From: Octopus bimaculoides | Taxonomy: Eukaryota | Reading direction: 5' to 3' | Length of the DNA: 49,115 bases | Assembly: GCF_001194135.2 (NCBI RefSeq) | Contig: NC_068981.1 | Coordinates: 54,499,554 to 54,548,668, forward strand | Shown: in pieces, positions 11,124-24,300 of the stretch | Layout: the number at the start of each line of letters is the position of its first letter | How positions within the stretch are numbered: the first letter of the stretch is position 1 | Notes under the pieces: model-generated | What the model was told of the DNA's origin: nothing | The model's database searches: none | The model's input: the letters and a program-made list of their open reading frames with translations, nothing else | Made by a program: the position numbers and the translations under genes

Positions 11124-12049
11124 GTTACATGAGTACATATGTGTGTGTGTAGTTGTGATAAAATTAGTGAAATGTAGTAGAAAAATGAGTGTAGGCACTG
11201 GAGTTAAAAAGTTTGCAAATGTGGAGTCTCTCTCTGTGAGAGCACAGCATTTACAGCCTGCTTAACTGAACACAGTGGGTATGAGGATTCTGCAAAGCTT
11301 TCAGAGATCCTCTTGGCAAGAGACCCCACAGGACTTGTTGAGATTTACAAGAACTTATAAGAGTTACTGTAGTGCATGAAAGCTACCAGCTTGGAGTTTT
11401 TCAAAAATTAGTAGTGTGCTTTATCTGTACTAGGTAGATTTGGAGGTTGAGTGATAAAAAGATGGTATCTGCCACCTGTTCATCTGAATTAGGGATGAAG
11501 GACATTTGTTGTCAGGGATAATCTAAAGCTTTGAAGAGTTAGCTGTCATAGGGTTTGAGAGGGTTCAGTATGTAGCTTTGCAATATTGATTAAGCCATGG
11601 TTGACCCAATAAGTACTGAGACACTGAATATATTTAACTTCAGAACAAAAATTATACCTGCTAATATAAAAAAAATGTCATACCAGACCTTTGGTTAGAT
11701 TTTTATATATTTTTTTAATTACATGAAGATATATAACATTTTTTTTTTTATTATTTCAGTTAACTTTCAATCTTGGGAGGAGTTTTCAAAATGAATATAC
11801 AGATTACATATTTCATTTTGATGATAACAGTCACAGTGGCTATTATGCACATTTTTAGTATTTGAAATTGCTTCAAAATATAAAAACGAAACTTTACTAC
11901 ACCCATGTTTTGTATTCTTCCATTTCTTTTTAAGAACTTAGTTTATTCAAGATGTGGTCAGACAAAATTTGAAAGAATGATAAAAATAAAAAAAGACAAG
12001 AAAAGAATATATGGTGTCTGGTATTCAAAATATTGAATCAGAGATATTG

Positions 12050-12260
12050 GTTTCAAATTTTGGCACAAGGCCAACAATTCAGGAGTGGGAGTAAGTTGAT
12101 TTACATTGACCCCAGTAGTCAATCAGTACTTACTTTGTGGACCCTGAAAGGGATGGTAAGCAAACTTGACCTCAGCAGAATTTGAACTCAGAATGTAAAG
12201 ATGGAAGAAATGTTGCCAAGCATTTTGCCCAGTATTCTTACAATTCTCAGCTCACCATCT
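12050..12260 (-). mobile_element. Decayed copy of the SINE at 39000-39245
   Basis: GACCCC..TACTT..GACCCTGAAAGGGATG..TTGACCTC..GAATTTGAACTCAGAA. Confidence 0.65.
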
Positions 12261-12539
12261 TTATAATGAGTTCTAATCATCATCATCATCATCGTTTAAC
12301 GTCCACTTTCCATGCTAGCATGGGTTGGACGATTTGACTGAGGACTATGCACAAGAAGTTGCAGCAACCATTTATAACTGACATTATGAAGGCCTTCTCC
12401 TGCTACAAGCTAACTTGCAGAAGGCCTTTCACATGGTGTCACACTCTTTACTTTGGTGGTCACGTAGAAAACTAAATAGGGTAGGGATGAATGACTCAAA
12501 TCCCATCTGTTCATTTCAGTCTTACAGGCCAAATTCCAT

Positions 12540-13420
12540 ATGCTACAGCATGGTTGAAATTATAGTAGACTTAGAGAAGAAATTCTGGACATAGAAACAA
12601 AACTTAGAATTAAGAGGCCTAAAAGTAAACTTAGCAAAGACTAAAGTGTCAGTAAGTAGGAATGAAGACACTACCCTGATACTGTCAGGGAAATGGCCTT
12701 ACTTGATGTGTAGAAAAAGAGTAAGTAGGAATTCCATATGTTGTGCTCAGTATAAGCTACGGATGCACAAGAGATGTAGTGAGTGGAATCACAGGTGGAC
12801 TAACAGAGAAGGTAGATTTGTATGTAGCAGGTAAACAGGAGCAATAAACATAAGAGCAGAAGGAAAATAAATTTTCTCAAATACCCAGAAGGCTCCCTAG
12901 AAGTAGTTGATAGCTTTTGTTACATAGGATAGAGGTGGTTGTTCTGAAAGTATAGTGGACAGGGTAAGAACAACTTGGAAAAAAGTTTAGGTAGCTATCA
13001 CCTCTGCTGGTAATAGGTCTTCTTCCTCAAAATGAAGAACAAATGAAATGCTTGTGTTTGAACCATGATACTATATGGTAGTGAGATACGAGCCATGAAT
13101 GCAGAAGATTTGAGAGAGCTAGTTGGAAATGAAGGAAGTTTGGTCTGTGTCAGTGTGCATGAATGTTAGAGTACAAATGAGCTGAGAGAAAAATTAAGTA
13201 GAATCAGATGTAATGTGCAAGAGAGAAGGCTGCGCTGGTATAATTATTTGTTGAACATAGCAAATGACTGCTGCATAAGTGCCAAGTACACAAAGTGAGA
13301 AGAAACTATGCAAGGAAGACTTGGGATGAAGTGGTAAAAATTGATCTGAACATATTGCATCTCAGAAGATATGACAAGAGACTGTGATGATTGGCAATAC
13401 ATGATAATGGACAAGACCTG
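12540..13420 (+). mobile_element. Decayed RTE LINE, RT thumb to C-terminus with Cys-rich module
   Basis: GLKVNLAKTK, GKWPYLMCRKRVSRNSICCAQYKLRMHKRCS, VDSFCY-G, RLRWY remnants. Confidence 0.8.
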
Positions 13421-15099
13421 ACCACACACACAAGCATGTCAAAATGTATGTTAAAATGAGGGTACTGATGGAAGCTACAATCTATGTGTGTGTGTGTATG
13501 GTGGTAGGAAGTTGAGAGTAGGTAGGTCCTGTACTTTCTGTCATATAAATAACAAAGTTGGGATAAAGATGATTGATGGAAGATTATTAACATGTAGATG
13601 AAAGTCAAAGATGCGATGGGAGCAGCAGATGTAGACAAGGGTGTATGTATGTGCTGCTTATATAATGACAGACAGTACAGAACCTACCCACATTCAAACC
13701 TCTTACCACCATCTTTGTTGAGCCTATGTATAAGAAATGTATTATATACAATACATGTTAATTTCACCTTTCTATAAAACAAGTTCTACTCTCTTGGGCT
13801 TCTATTATTTTCCATCACTACCCCACTGTCTCGACCATCATACTTTAGCTCCTTTCAATCACCTATTCAAGTCACTTTCTCACTCACATTGCCTTGTTTG
13901 AATGTACACATTAGCGTATATAGACTGTACAAGGCAAACCTTCCAGTGCTACCATGACAAAATGCTTTTTTTCCACCATCTAGGGTTATTGGTAAGTGAA
14001 GGGAGAAAAAATTGGGTTGTGAGATCCCTTTAGTTAGCCAAGAATTTGACAATCTAGAGCTGGGGCTATAAGAAAATGCACCCAGTATACTCTTTAAAGT
14101 GGGTGATAATACAAAAATCATCCAATATATATGCAGTCTATGAGGGCAGTGACTTTAAAAAGGACAGACTGTGATGGGTCATCTTTGTAATACCAGCATA
14201 GAAAACTGATATAAAATGATACAATCCTACATTGTCTCAATTTGTTTGGACCAGTGACCAATGGAGTGGGGACGGAAAAAAAAGAGTATGATGGGGGGGG
14301 GGGGACAGTTATTGGAAGAGAGAGAGAGGAGTAATGCAAAAATGAGTAATAAAACAATGGTAGTGAGAATGGGTGTATATTGTAAAAGAGGTGAGTACCA
14401 AAAACAAAAATGTTATGGTTGGGAATGAGTGACATAAGGGAAAGGGAGTGGAGGCAACAATATAAGAGGGTAAGGTTAGTTGTAGAGAATGAGTGATGAA
14501 TAATCAAGATGGCAATGGTAAAAGAGTGATGAATGTAAACAAAGGAGTGACCTGAGGGACTGATGGTTAGCTAGCAGGATAGGGAAAGTGGTACTAATGG
14601 CAGTTACATGCACACCAGTAGAAGAGAAAGAAAACAGGGGCAAGTCATCAGATACTGACAGATATGATGCAATCCTTCATTACTCAGACATAGAGGCACA
14701 AAAGCAGCCACATCAGTCTATTAAGTGATGAATAGATAGTAGTATGTCAGACCAGAAGGGGTGGTGGGGAAGCAGGAAGTAATGGCAAGCAGCACTAAAG
14801 TGTAATCTTAGTTGGTAAGAGAATAAGGAATGTCAGTAAGTGATCTAAAAAGGAGGGAGTATCAATTAGAAGTAAAGAGTTGTAAACAGAGGGGTGTATC
14901 AGATACCAAATGATTCATTACTATCTTTTGTTATAATAGGAGAGAAGAGTACAGAAAAATATAGATGGTGGTAAAGGGAGAGTGAATATGGTCAGGTCTG
15001 TTTTCTCATTATAGAGGTGATATGATAGTGTATCGTCGAGGGGATGGCAGAGATAAGAGAATATTAAATAAGTAGGAGAGGCAATAAATGGGCAAAAAA

Positions 15100-16700
15100 C
15101 CCATTTTAACATGCATGGGTAGTTGTGTCTTCTCCAGCAATGCTTATCGACAGTCCTTTGCAACAACTTCAGATGAATTTTCACCACTTCATCCTTTGTC
15201 TTTCTTGCTCTCCCACTACTGTGATCCATTTACTTTTGAGCATCCAGCCTTTGCTTATGCAGCTACCATCCTCAAAATAATCACGTCTATATCAGCATAC
15301 TCTCATACACACTGCATCCAAATCCCTTCCAATTATTCTCAGCTAATTTATAATTCATTGTTCTTGCACACTTCATTTCTTTCTAGTCTTTGCAAATTCT
15401 GTATATTCAAGGTCTATGTTTCAATACTATGCAGCATTTGTAGTTCATGCACAAGTGTCATACAATTTACCTTCACTGAAAGAGAAGAAGAGCCAACAGC
15501 TCTCCAACCTTTTACTCTCACAACTATAGTCAAAACCTTTCCATACTGCTAATTATGTCACCTAGGTAATAAGAAACTCAACTATTAGGGAACATTCCAG
15601 GCATTTTAAGGAGTATATACAAACTGCTCCTGTGCACTTACCACATATGAAGCCTATGATCCCACACCTTTCAGCATGCATAGTTTACACTAGTTAAAAT
15701 ATAGTATTTCTATGAATGTCTTCTGCATGTCAAGCACCCCCATTATGAGATGGTAGCAGGATCTTTTGTTTCCAGTGCAGTAACTTTAGCAAAGACTTAG
15801 GTTTTAATGAGGTTTCTGTTTTAGATTTTGCTTTCAGGTCTGGAATTTGTTTAAATCTACTGACTTGGTTCTACAAATTAGGCCATCAGCATATAGTTCT
15901 CACAGACAGTCAATCTGTGTTATGGCCTTAACGGGAAAGGGTCGAAGACAAACTCTACTTCATTAACTTTACTGGCATGTTTAATGTCACTGAAGTTATT
16001 GGTGACTATCTTTGTACATGGCTTGTATGACCTCAGAAACCATTAATTTCTTTAGTGACATCAGATTACAGAGCATGGGACATTGTCAAAGCCTTCTCTA
16101 TATACATAAAATGCTAGGTATACATGCATACTATTAACTATTTACTGCAGTTGTCTCAGTAGCCTTCATAACTAGTCAAGCAATTTGATGCATCTCCTTC
16201 GCCCTTGTGGCAGTTTATTTTGGTATTGTTATACTGGTTATATTAGGTACAGCATTTTCCTATACTATCTGGTTAAATGCAAGCAACTAAACTGCTTCAA
16301 TAATGTATTTTAAGCATCTCAGTAATTATTACCAATAGACCAATCTGTTTTCATATCCTTACCTCATCACTTTATATAATATTCTATTGTCAATTTGGAT
16401 GGCTGGTCAGGTAATTTAACTTTGACCGACATCTCTTGCTCTCATGTTTTCTCATTTAGCCACTCACAAATAGTACCTTCATGCTTCTTTTTCAGTAATG
16501 GTAAGGGCGAGTATGCCTCTCATTCCGAATTCATTTCTCCAATGACGTCTTGACTTTCTATGGCACAGTCTGACACTCCATCAAAAGCTCTGATGCTTAC
16601 AACACAGACCATGTCAAATCCACTATTCTTGTAAGCATACATGATAACCTAGCTTCTCAACTTTGCAATGCTTGTTGCTCCCCCTTTCCTTCCAGTCTGA
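15100..16700 (-). mobile_element. Highly decayed RTE LINE (RT to 3' end)
   Basis: Minus strand NCHKGEGDA, YLAF..EGFDNVP and GRARKTKDEVVK remnants parallel the better copy at 30640-32340. Confidence 0.6.
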
Positions 16701-18020
16701 GTGGATAGACAACACACACACACGATCCATAATTATGTATTAATGTAAGTTGTCTCCTCATCATATAGGAGTCAAATAATGTCACAAATCTGAAATTACA
16801 ATTTGGTAAATGTATCATATATACCCCAGTACAATAAAACAATTATTTACATTCTGTCCATGGTTAGAGCCAAAGAAAGCGTTTCAGTTACACTAATAAA
16901 CCTTCTACTTGCACTATAAAGCTCTCAAAGACTTGTTTGAACTTTTGATTACTAGCTGGACAGTTTATGCTTGGTATGGTTCTTCTTAATCTCTTCCCAT
17001 AAAAGACTAATGCCTTTACCAAAATTCCCAATAAAATTGATTTACATTGACGGTCCAAAGAAAATTGTTTTCTTAGCTCTAAAAAGTCTTAAGCAAGATT
17101 TTAGTGTCTAACTTGGTAAAAAAAGAAAAGAAAAACCATAAAAAAGATTATTAAATGCAAATCTTAAGTTTTTAGATACGATCAGGTCTTAATTTGTGTG
17201 TGTGTGTGTGTGTGCATTTTTAAGGGAAAACCCATTTGACAATATATTGGTTTCAATTGATAATCATGGAAAAGTAAATGGTATTCTGTGCTTTAATGGT
17301 TGAATGAAAACAATCTGCATACTTCTGTAAGCACTTGATAAGTATAATAATAAAAGCAAACATGCATTGAAGGGCACACATTAGTTGGCACATTTAAAAC
17401 AGGACAATAAATAATTATTGTAACAGAACAGGATTAAAATATAAAATTAATATTTACACTGCAATTATAACCAGGTAGGAGTTTTAGCAGGAAAATTACT
17501 GGAGGAGAGTGATGTGTGATTACAAGGAAGAAAATGAAGGAATTAAGCTTTTACCTACTTTATGTAACTAATTAAAATCCTCACCATCATTAATAAAAGA
17601 ATACCATCTGAACTATAAAACCCATTTTACAACTTGAAAATTATAACCAGATAAATATATTGCATCAAAATTTTCAATAGGAAGAGAATTCAAACAAATT
17701 AAAATTTAAGTTGAACATCTTTCAGTTATGTGAAAAAAATACTAAGTAGGAACTAAGATTATAATTAGTTTTATCCAATTTATTTGTATTCAAATATTAA
17801 AAAACAAATTTTAAATACATATTAACCAAAAATTAATTCCTTTGACAACAGAGGAAAAAAAAAAATGTTCCACTTTCTTGTCAGTAATTGGCTTCTATAA
17901 ATAGTTACCTCAAAGGTTGAATGAAAATGGATACAGATGCAAAACTATTTTATCATTGTTATAAAGAAACCACTTGATAATTTTAAGAGGGCAGAAAAAG
18001 AGAAAGAATAAGTAGAAAGA

Positions 18021-18026
18021 TTTATT
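18021..18026 (-). terminator. Candidate proximal poly(A) signal AATAAA of GRP94
   Basis: About 260 nt after the stop and followed by a pyrimidine/U-rich tract; a second AATAAA lies at 17779-17784. Confidence 0.55.
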
Positions 18027-18285
18027 CACAAAGAATGATGTGTACACTTTCAATTCACTTCAGGCATAACAGTTTCACATGAAAAAAATACAGAAACAAA
18101 CGGAGAAAAGTCCTCTCAAAAAATGAAATGATATTTGACAGCAATATTTGATTTGATGAAGTATTAGTGAATTCTCCAAGGTAGTTGATAGGTGGTACTT
18201 GGTGGTAATAGGAAATTTCACACTTGTCAGGAACAACAGCTGCCAACTTTGTTAGTGTGAACAGAATAATTCCTCTTCAATGAGG

Positions 18286-18312
18286 TTATAATTCATCTGA
18301 ATGATGGGATAC
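18286..18312 (-). CDS. HSP90B1: GRP94 exon 18 coding part (VSHHSDEL-stop)
   Basis: TTTTCATTTATCAG acceptor, phase 0, ends in xDEL then TAA. Confidence 0.88.
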   Translation of the reverse strand, partial: VSHHSDEL

Positions 18313-21300
18313 CTGATAAATGAAAAGTAATATAACGTTATAAACACAGAATCCCCTGCCAACCAGTACTGTGTGCCTCTCTGCCAGGTTTGTGTGTGCA
18401 CACTAGGAAAGCCTAACAAAAGGGTTAGTGGAAGTGTCAAAACACACCATGCTTAATATGTATATATTATATAATCAAACAGCTATTAGTCAAGTTGTCT
18501 ACAGGCTACTTAGAGTATTTCTATAACTTCAGAAGTCTACTGATGCTCTATCTATAAGGTTAACCCTTTTGTTACCATATTTCCCTGCCTCATGTGTTTT
18601 AATTATATCAATCACAAATTTAGCCTCACTTTGTGAAGCATATAAAATTGTTTTGAACACAAAAGATTCTTCCCTAAGCCAATTATGAAATTTGTCTTAA
18701 AATTACTGATTACAAATATGGTTAAATTTCAAATATAGCTATGTAAATTTTATTTAAATATCAATAAGCCAAAATAGCTTACTAAATGCCCCACATTTAT
18801 TGCAAATATGCCATACGTTAATTCAATTTGTCTCGTTTCCTATGCTTCCATTTTACATCATAATCAGTCATTGCCATTATATGGAACACTTAAATTGAAT
18901 AAACAGTCAATAGGTTTCCAGCCATGAGGATAACTGACTGGGTTCAGTTTCTAAAAATTTTGGAAGCTAAATATTTACATTTTCTGTCTCTCCATTCTCT
19001 TTCTAGAAGTTATTTACACATTCAGGAATTGAAACATTTGGTTCAATGACTAATTTTTAAATATTTACTGCATTTCAAAATCATTTTAAATTCAGAGGTA
19101 TTATTACTAAATCTGAGGTTTTATATAGTAATGGGGTTGGGGCAGAGCATAAAGATAAAAAGAAAAGTAATAACATACCCTAACAAGTTACTTATGCTGA
19201 AAATGTTGGTGTGTACAGCATGTTTGTTTAGTGAAATCCTATTGTGACTATAGCAATATTTGTCGATATTTTAATATATGAAAAAAAAAACAGGTGGTAT
19301 TGGGTAGGTTGGTAACAAAAGGGTTATATACAAGAGCAGGAACAAAATTCCTTCAGTGGTATTAACGCTTAAATGCTGTAGACAATTATAAACAAGAGGA
19401 ACAACAATTTTGCCCTTCAATTTTGAAAGGTGAAGAGCACACACACAAAGGCAAAAGCAGCAACACAATAACTGGAAGATTAAAAATTTATACTATTGTC
19501 ACAGAATTCATGCAAATTACATCATGCAAATAATTTGTAAAGTTGAGCATGCTATGGTATTGTCAAGCAAACAATCTAGTCAAGGAAAGCATGGTAACAA
19601 TTATCTTTGAATTGGGAAAAAAATGACAATCTGGATCTTAATTTAGAGAAAGTACTTTTATCATTTATTAGCATCTACATTTGTGTTTTGCAAAATGTGA
19701 ATAAAATTTTTAAATGCAATAAAAATGAGAGGGAATTCAACTAACCCAAGGGAGGGAGACATGTAAAAGAAATTGATTACTGAGTTTGACTGCAGAATAT
19801 ACAGATTGGAGCCGCATATAAGGAAACTAACTTAAATTTCAGAAATATCTAAGTTGAACTGTCTTTGTATTTGGTAGACAATCAATTCAATATTGCTTAT
19901 TTTAAAAAATAAACTGCTAAAATTTAAGATACAATCTATACGTTTGAGTGACAATGTAAAAACTAATTTGGTCAATCACTAAAATCAATGCAAATTTATG
20001 ATATAACCACAAAACTTACTTTTGTGTAAAAATTATTAATTAGGAATCATCATCATCATTGTTTAACGTCCACTTTCCATGCTGGCATGAGTTGGACGGT
20101 TTGACTGAGGGCTGGCAAGCCAGAAGGCTGCACCAGGCTCCAATCTGATCTAGCAAAGTTTCTACAATTCGATGCCCTTCTTAATGCCAACCACTCCAAG
20201 AGTGTAGTGGGTGCTTTTTACATGCCACCAGCACGAGGTCATTGACCATGCTTGAATGGTGCTTTTTACGTGCCACTGGAATGGGGGAATGTAATTAACA
20301 AAATCCAATGTTCTAGAGATCAGGAGAAAACTAAATTATATACAGTTTCTGTTCTCTATATTGTAACATATATATTTGTGAACTACTTAATTGTATTAGG
20401 TTCTTTCAGCTAAAAAGTGCCTGTTCCTCATAACTACACAAATTTACAAGTCACTATTTGCCCCCATAAATATTGGGATGCAAGGTCAATTTTCATAAAT
20501 ACAGTAAACATTGCTCAACATTCAAAAAGATGGAGCTGCAACTGATCAGTAAGGGGATTTCTATATTGAAATGAGTTAAAATTTCATTTATTCCAGTAAC
20601 CGTTGCAATAAAAGTAAACCTTTATATCATAATTGTGTGCATGAATACATACATACATATATATATATAACTGGACAAAAACATGGCTAAGTGGTTAATA
20701 AGTTCATTTAGCAAACATGAGGTCCATGAGAGAGCCTACTGTGCAGTGTCTTGAACTTCACTATAGCTTTGGGCTGTCCTAAGCCTTGCAAGTGAAATTA
20801 GATAGATGAAAAGCCTGTTGGAGAGGCTGTGCCTGCATTTCAAAAGATCAGTCTCGTCATATTGTGTCATACTGATTTTTTCTACTTGAGAATTATGTGA
20901 AGGGTACATGCTTGTGGAATACCCAACCACTTCCCATGCTAATTCAATAGCAGTTCAGTTGATTGTTCCATCAGTTGCAATACAATACACAGCTGTTCAA
21001 TTATATATAATCACCACTGTTAACCATAAGAATACAAAAGGAATCCAGACAAATTAAATGACCTGGAAGAAAAAACTGGCAATCAGTTTTGTTATGAAAA
21101 GTATATTTACAGAGTTTACTTACTTTTTCTTCCTTTTCATCTGTTTCACTTGCATCAGCATCAACCTTTTCTTCCTGTTCTACTTGTTCCTCTTGTTCTT
21201 CAGGTTCTTCCTCAACCTAAAACAAAATTTCAGTTAAAAATCTTATTTCCTAATGCCAAGTAATTAAACTAGGGTGTTATATGAGTATGATAGAAATGGG

Positions 21301-24300
21301 GATTTAAGTGGATGCAGGTCATTTGTGAATATCCATTTGGAGGGGAAGAGGAGATTTAGTGGTTCAAGGAGGAGGTAATAAAGAACAATGTAATGTATAT
21401 GAAACATCCACTTTTCTCTGCTTGCATGGATCAAACAGATTTTGTATGGCTGGATACTATTCCTGTTGTCAACCTTCACTCATTTCCAAATAAGGTAATA
21501 TTTCACTATCTAGACATGTTTTCAGAGAAGATTGGAAACAAAGGATACCACTTGCTTATAACCATCACATGATGTCACAGCAAGGAGACAATAAAAACAT
21601 GTATAAATAGATATATATGAAGAAGTGTGGAAAAGTTCCTAGCTTTAAGTGTATCCCAAAAAGCCTGGTTGGAGGCCTAACCATCTGACTTTTATAGAGC
21701 TTAGAAAAGCTGAAGGACTGCTGTAATAAATGTGTAAACCTGAGAGGGGAATATGTTGAATAAAATAATTAACTGACCCTCTTGTATTTTGTTTTACACA
21801 AGAACCAGGAACTTTTCAGCACCCCTAGTATATACATGATAGACTTTTTCAGTTTCCATCTACCTAATCTAACAAGGATTTGGTTGGCTCTAGTAGAAGA
21901 TACTTGCCCAAGGTGCTTGTCTGTATGTGCATGTATTTAGTATTAACTGTTGGACAAAAGTGTACTCAATACCATACCACAGACTAATAATTTTTTATTC
22001 CAGTTGAGTCAGTTTGTGGCTACTCTTGAGTTTCACCTGTAGGTACACAAGTTGTCACAACTTGCCTGAACATCCTCTGTAAACACAGGTGAAATTCAGA
22101 GTAGCAAGAGACTGATCTGACCAATATATACAAGTGGTATTTTCCAACTAACTTGTCGCTGACATACCGATATACGAACACCGAACCACGACACTGTGGC
22201 CTTCCTCGACCAATCGCAGCCAAACATACGGTAATAACAATCAACTTCTTTCATTCAAATTCAAAATGGTTGAAGACTAGCATCATGCTTGAAACTCAGA
22301 GTACCAACAAATTTGAATCAAACCGTTTTGATCCATATATATATCGTCATTTAACATCCATTTTCAATGCTGGCAAGAGTTGGACTGCTTGACAGGAGCT
22401 GGTCAGCTGAAGAGCTACCCAGGTTCTATGGCTCGATGCCCTTCCTAATGCCAACAACTTTACAGAGTGTACCGAGTGCTTTTTACATGACACCAGCACC
22501 CAAGAGCCAACAAGGTTAGGAATGGTCAGCTGGAGAGGGATGCAGGGGACTGCCTGCATGTAAGGACAACTACACTTTCACCTAACCTGAAGTATCTTTT
22601 CAAGCGTAGCAAACTGCCAGGAGTCTTGGTCCTGTCATCCCCTCAAAACTTCATTCCAGGTCTTCCTGAGTCTATCCCTTCCACATGTTCCCTCTACAAT
22701 TTGAGACTGGCACCTCAATGCAACTGCCTTCATTCATATGCATTACATAGCCATACCAGTATAGTCTTCTCTCTTACACATTACATCTGATGCCTTGTAC
22801 ACCTAGTTTTTCTTTCAAGTCATTGTTGTATATGCACAGATATTACTCATCCATCAGAGCATACTGGCTTCATTTCTTTCAAGCCTTCGCATATCCCCAG
22901 TAGTTACAGCCCATGTCTCACTGCCATGTAGCATAGCTGTTTATACATAGGCATCATACAATCTGCCTTTCACTCTGAGGAAGAGGCCCTTTGTTACTAA
23001 CAGAGGTAGTATCTCTTGAAATTTGCCCAGCCTATTCTTATTCTAGCAGCTATGCTTTAAGAATAACCTCCCTCACTATTAATTTGGTCACCTACATAAA
23101 CTGTCTGCTTCTTCTAATGATCCTCGGACACCTTTACATATTGAGCAGGACAATCTCCCTTTTGGTTTTCCTACTTAATACTTTAGTCTACATACACATC
23201 TATGAGTGTGCATATGTTATATGTTTACATTTCTTAGATTGTTGATGTCTGTGTTGCCAACAACTTTTCATTTCAAAGACGCATGAAATATGGAAAAAGA
23301 AATAAAGGGAACTATCAGGAAGGGCAAGCATAGAGGAACTAAACAGACTTTATATAATATATATACAGGTATGAAAGGTATTGGTGTCAGGAAGACCCAA
23401 AGGGTATTGGGTAAATGCTAAGTGCTATGGATAGACCATGGTTAAGCTCCAGGCTCAATAATGATACGAGTGAGGAGTCCAACGTGGGTCATGTATCAGC
23501 ATGCAGATATATAAATTAACAGAATGAGATAAAAACCCAAGGCAATAAATAGATTTCATAATGTTTATCAAGAAAAGGTCTTACAGCTGTTTCTGCAATA
23601 TTTTATATATCCCTTCAGAGACGGTGCAAGAAAATGTTTAAGTATTAATTAATATAGAGAAGATATGAAATACAGAGAGAAGTAAAAGAATGAATATAGA
23701 AGTTAGATACATAAGGATATTGTATTTGCAGTTCCATTATTCAAGTAGAATTGTGTATATAAATGGTGAAAAAGTTTTCTTGTACCTGGTGTGTGAGAGT
23801 TCCAATGGTGGTTATATTTGGTCATTCCAAGCACAGAGGCTTGTAAACAATATTGGTCGATCAAGGGGTTTTTTTTTGGTGTGAATTAAAATGTATTGGT
23901 AGTGTTTAATGGATAGACAGAGGGAGAAGAGATGTGTATGATTAGAAAGTGGAGACAGGTCAAATCAAAAACAGGAAGAGAGAATGGGAGGGAAAAGAGA
24001 AGCAAAAAGGTCTCTTTCTTTTGCTTCTATTTACTGCCTTGGTTTTTTAAAAAATTTTCTGAGAATTTATATATATGATTGTAGAGGTGCAAACAGTAAT
24101 ATTTTATATATATTCCATTTTATATGTGTGTGAAATTGATAAATATAACATACATAAAAATTTGTAATTTTGACATTAAACGAAGATTTGCTTTGATTAA
24201 AATATCAGGTATTGCAGAGCTAAACTTCTCACTATAGCTCACCTGCATTTAGCACCCCTGACTATCTCTCACTCCATTTGTTTTGCCAACATAATCAGAA

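Noticed and set aside
14240-15080. Purine-rich tract with a G12 run
   Set aside because: Low-complexity decayed sequence with no four-tract G-quadruplex pattern or clear periodicity.
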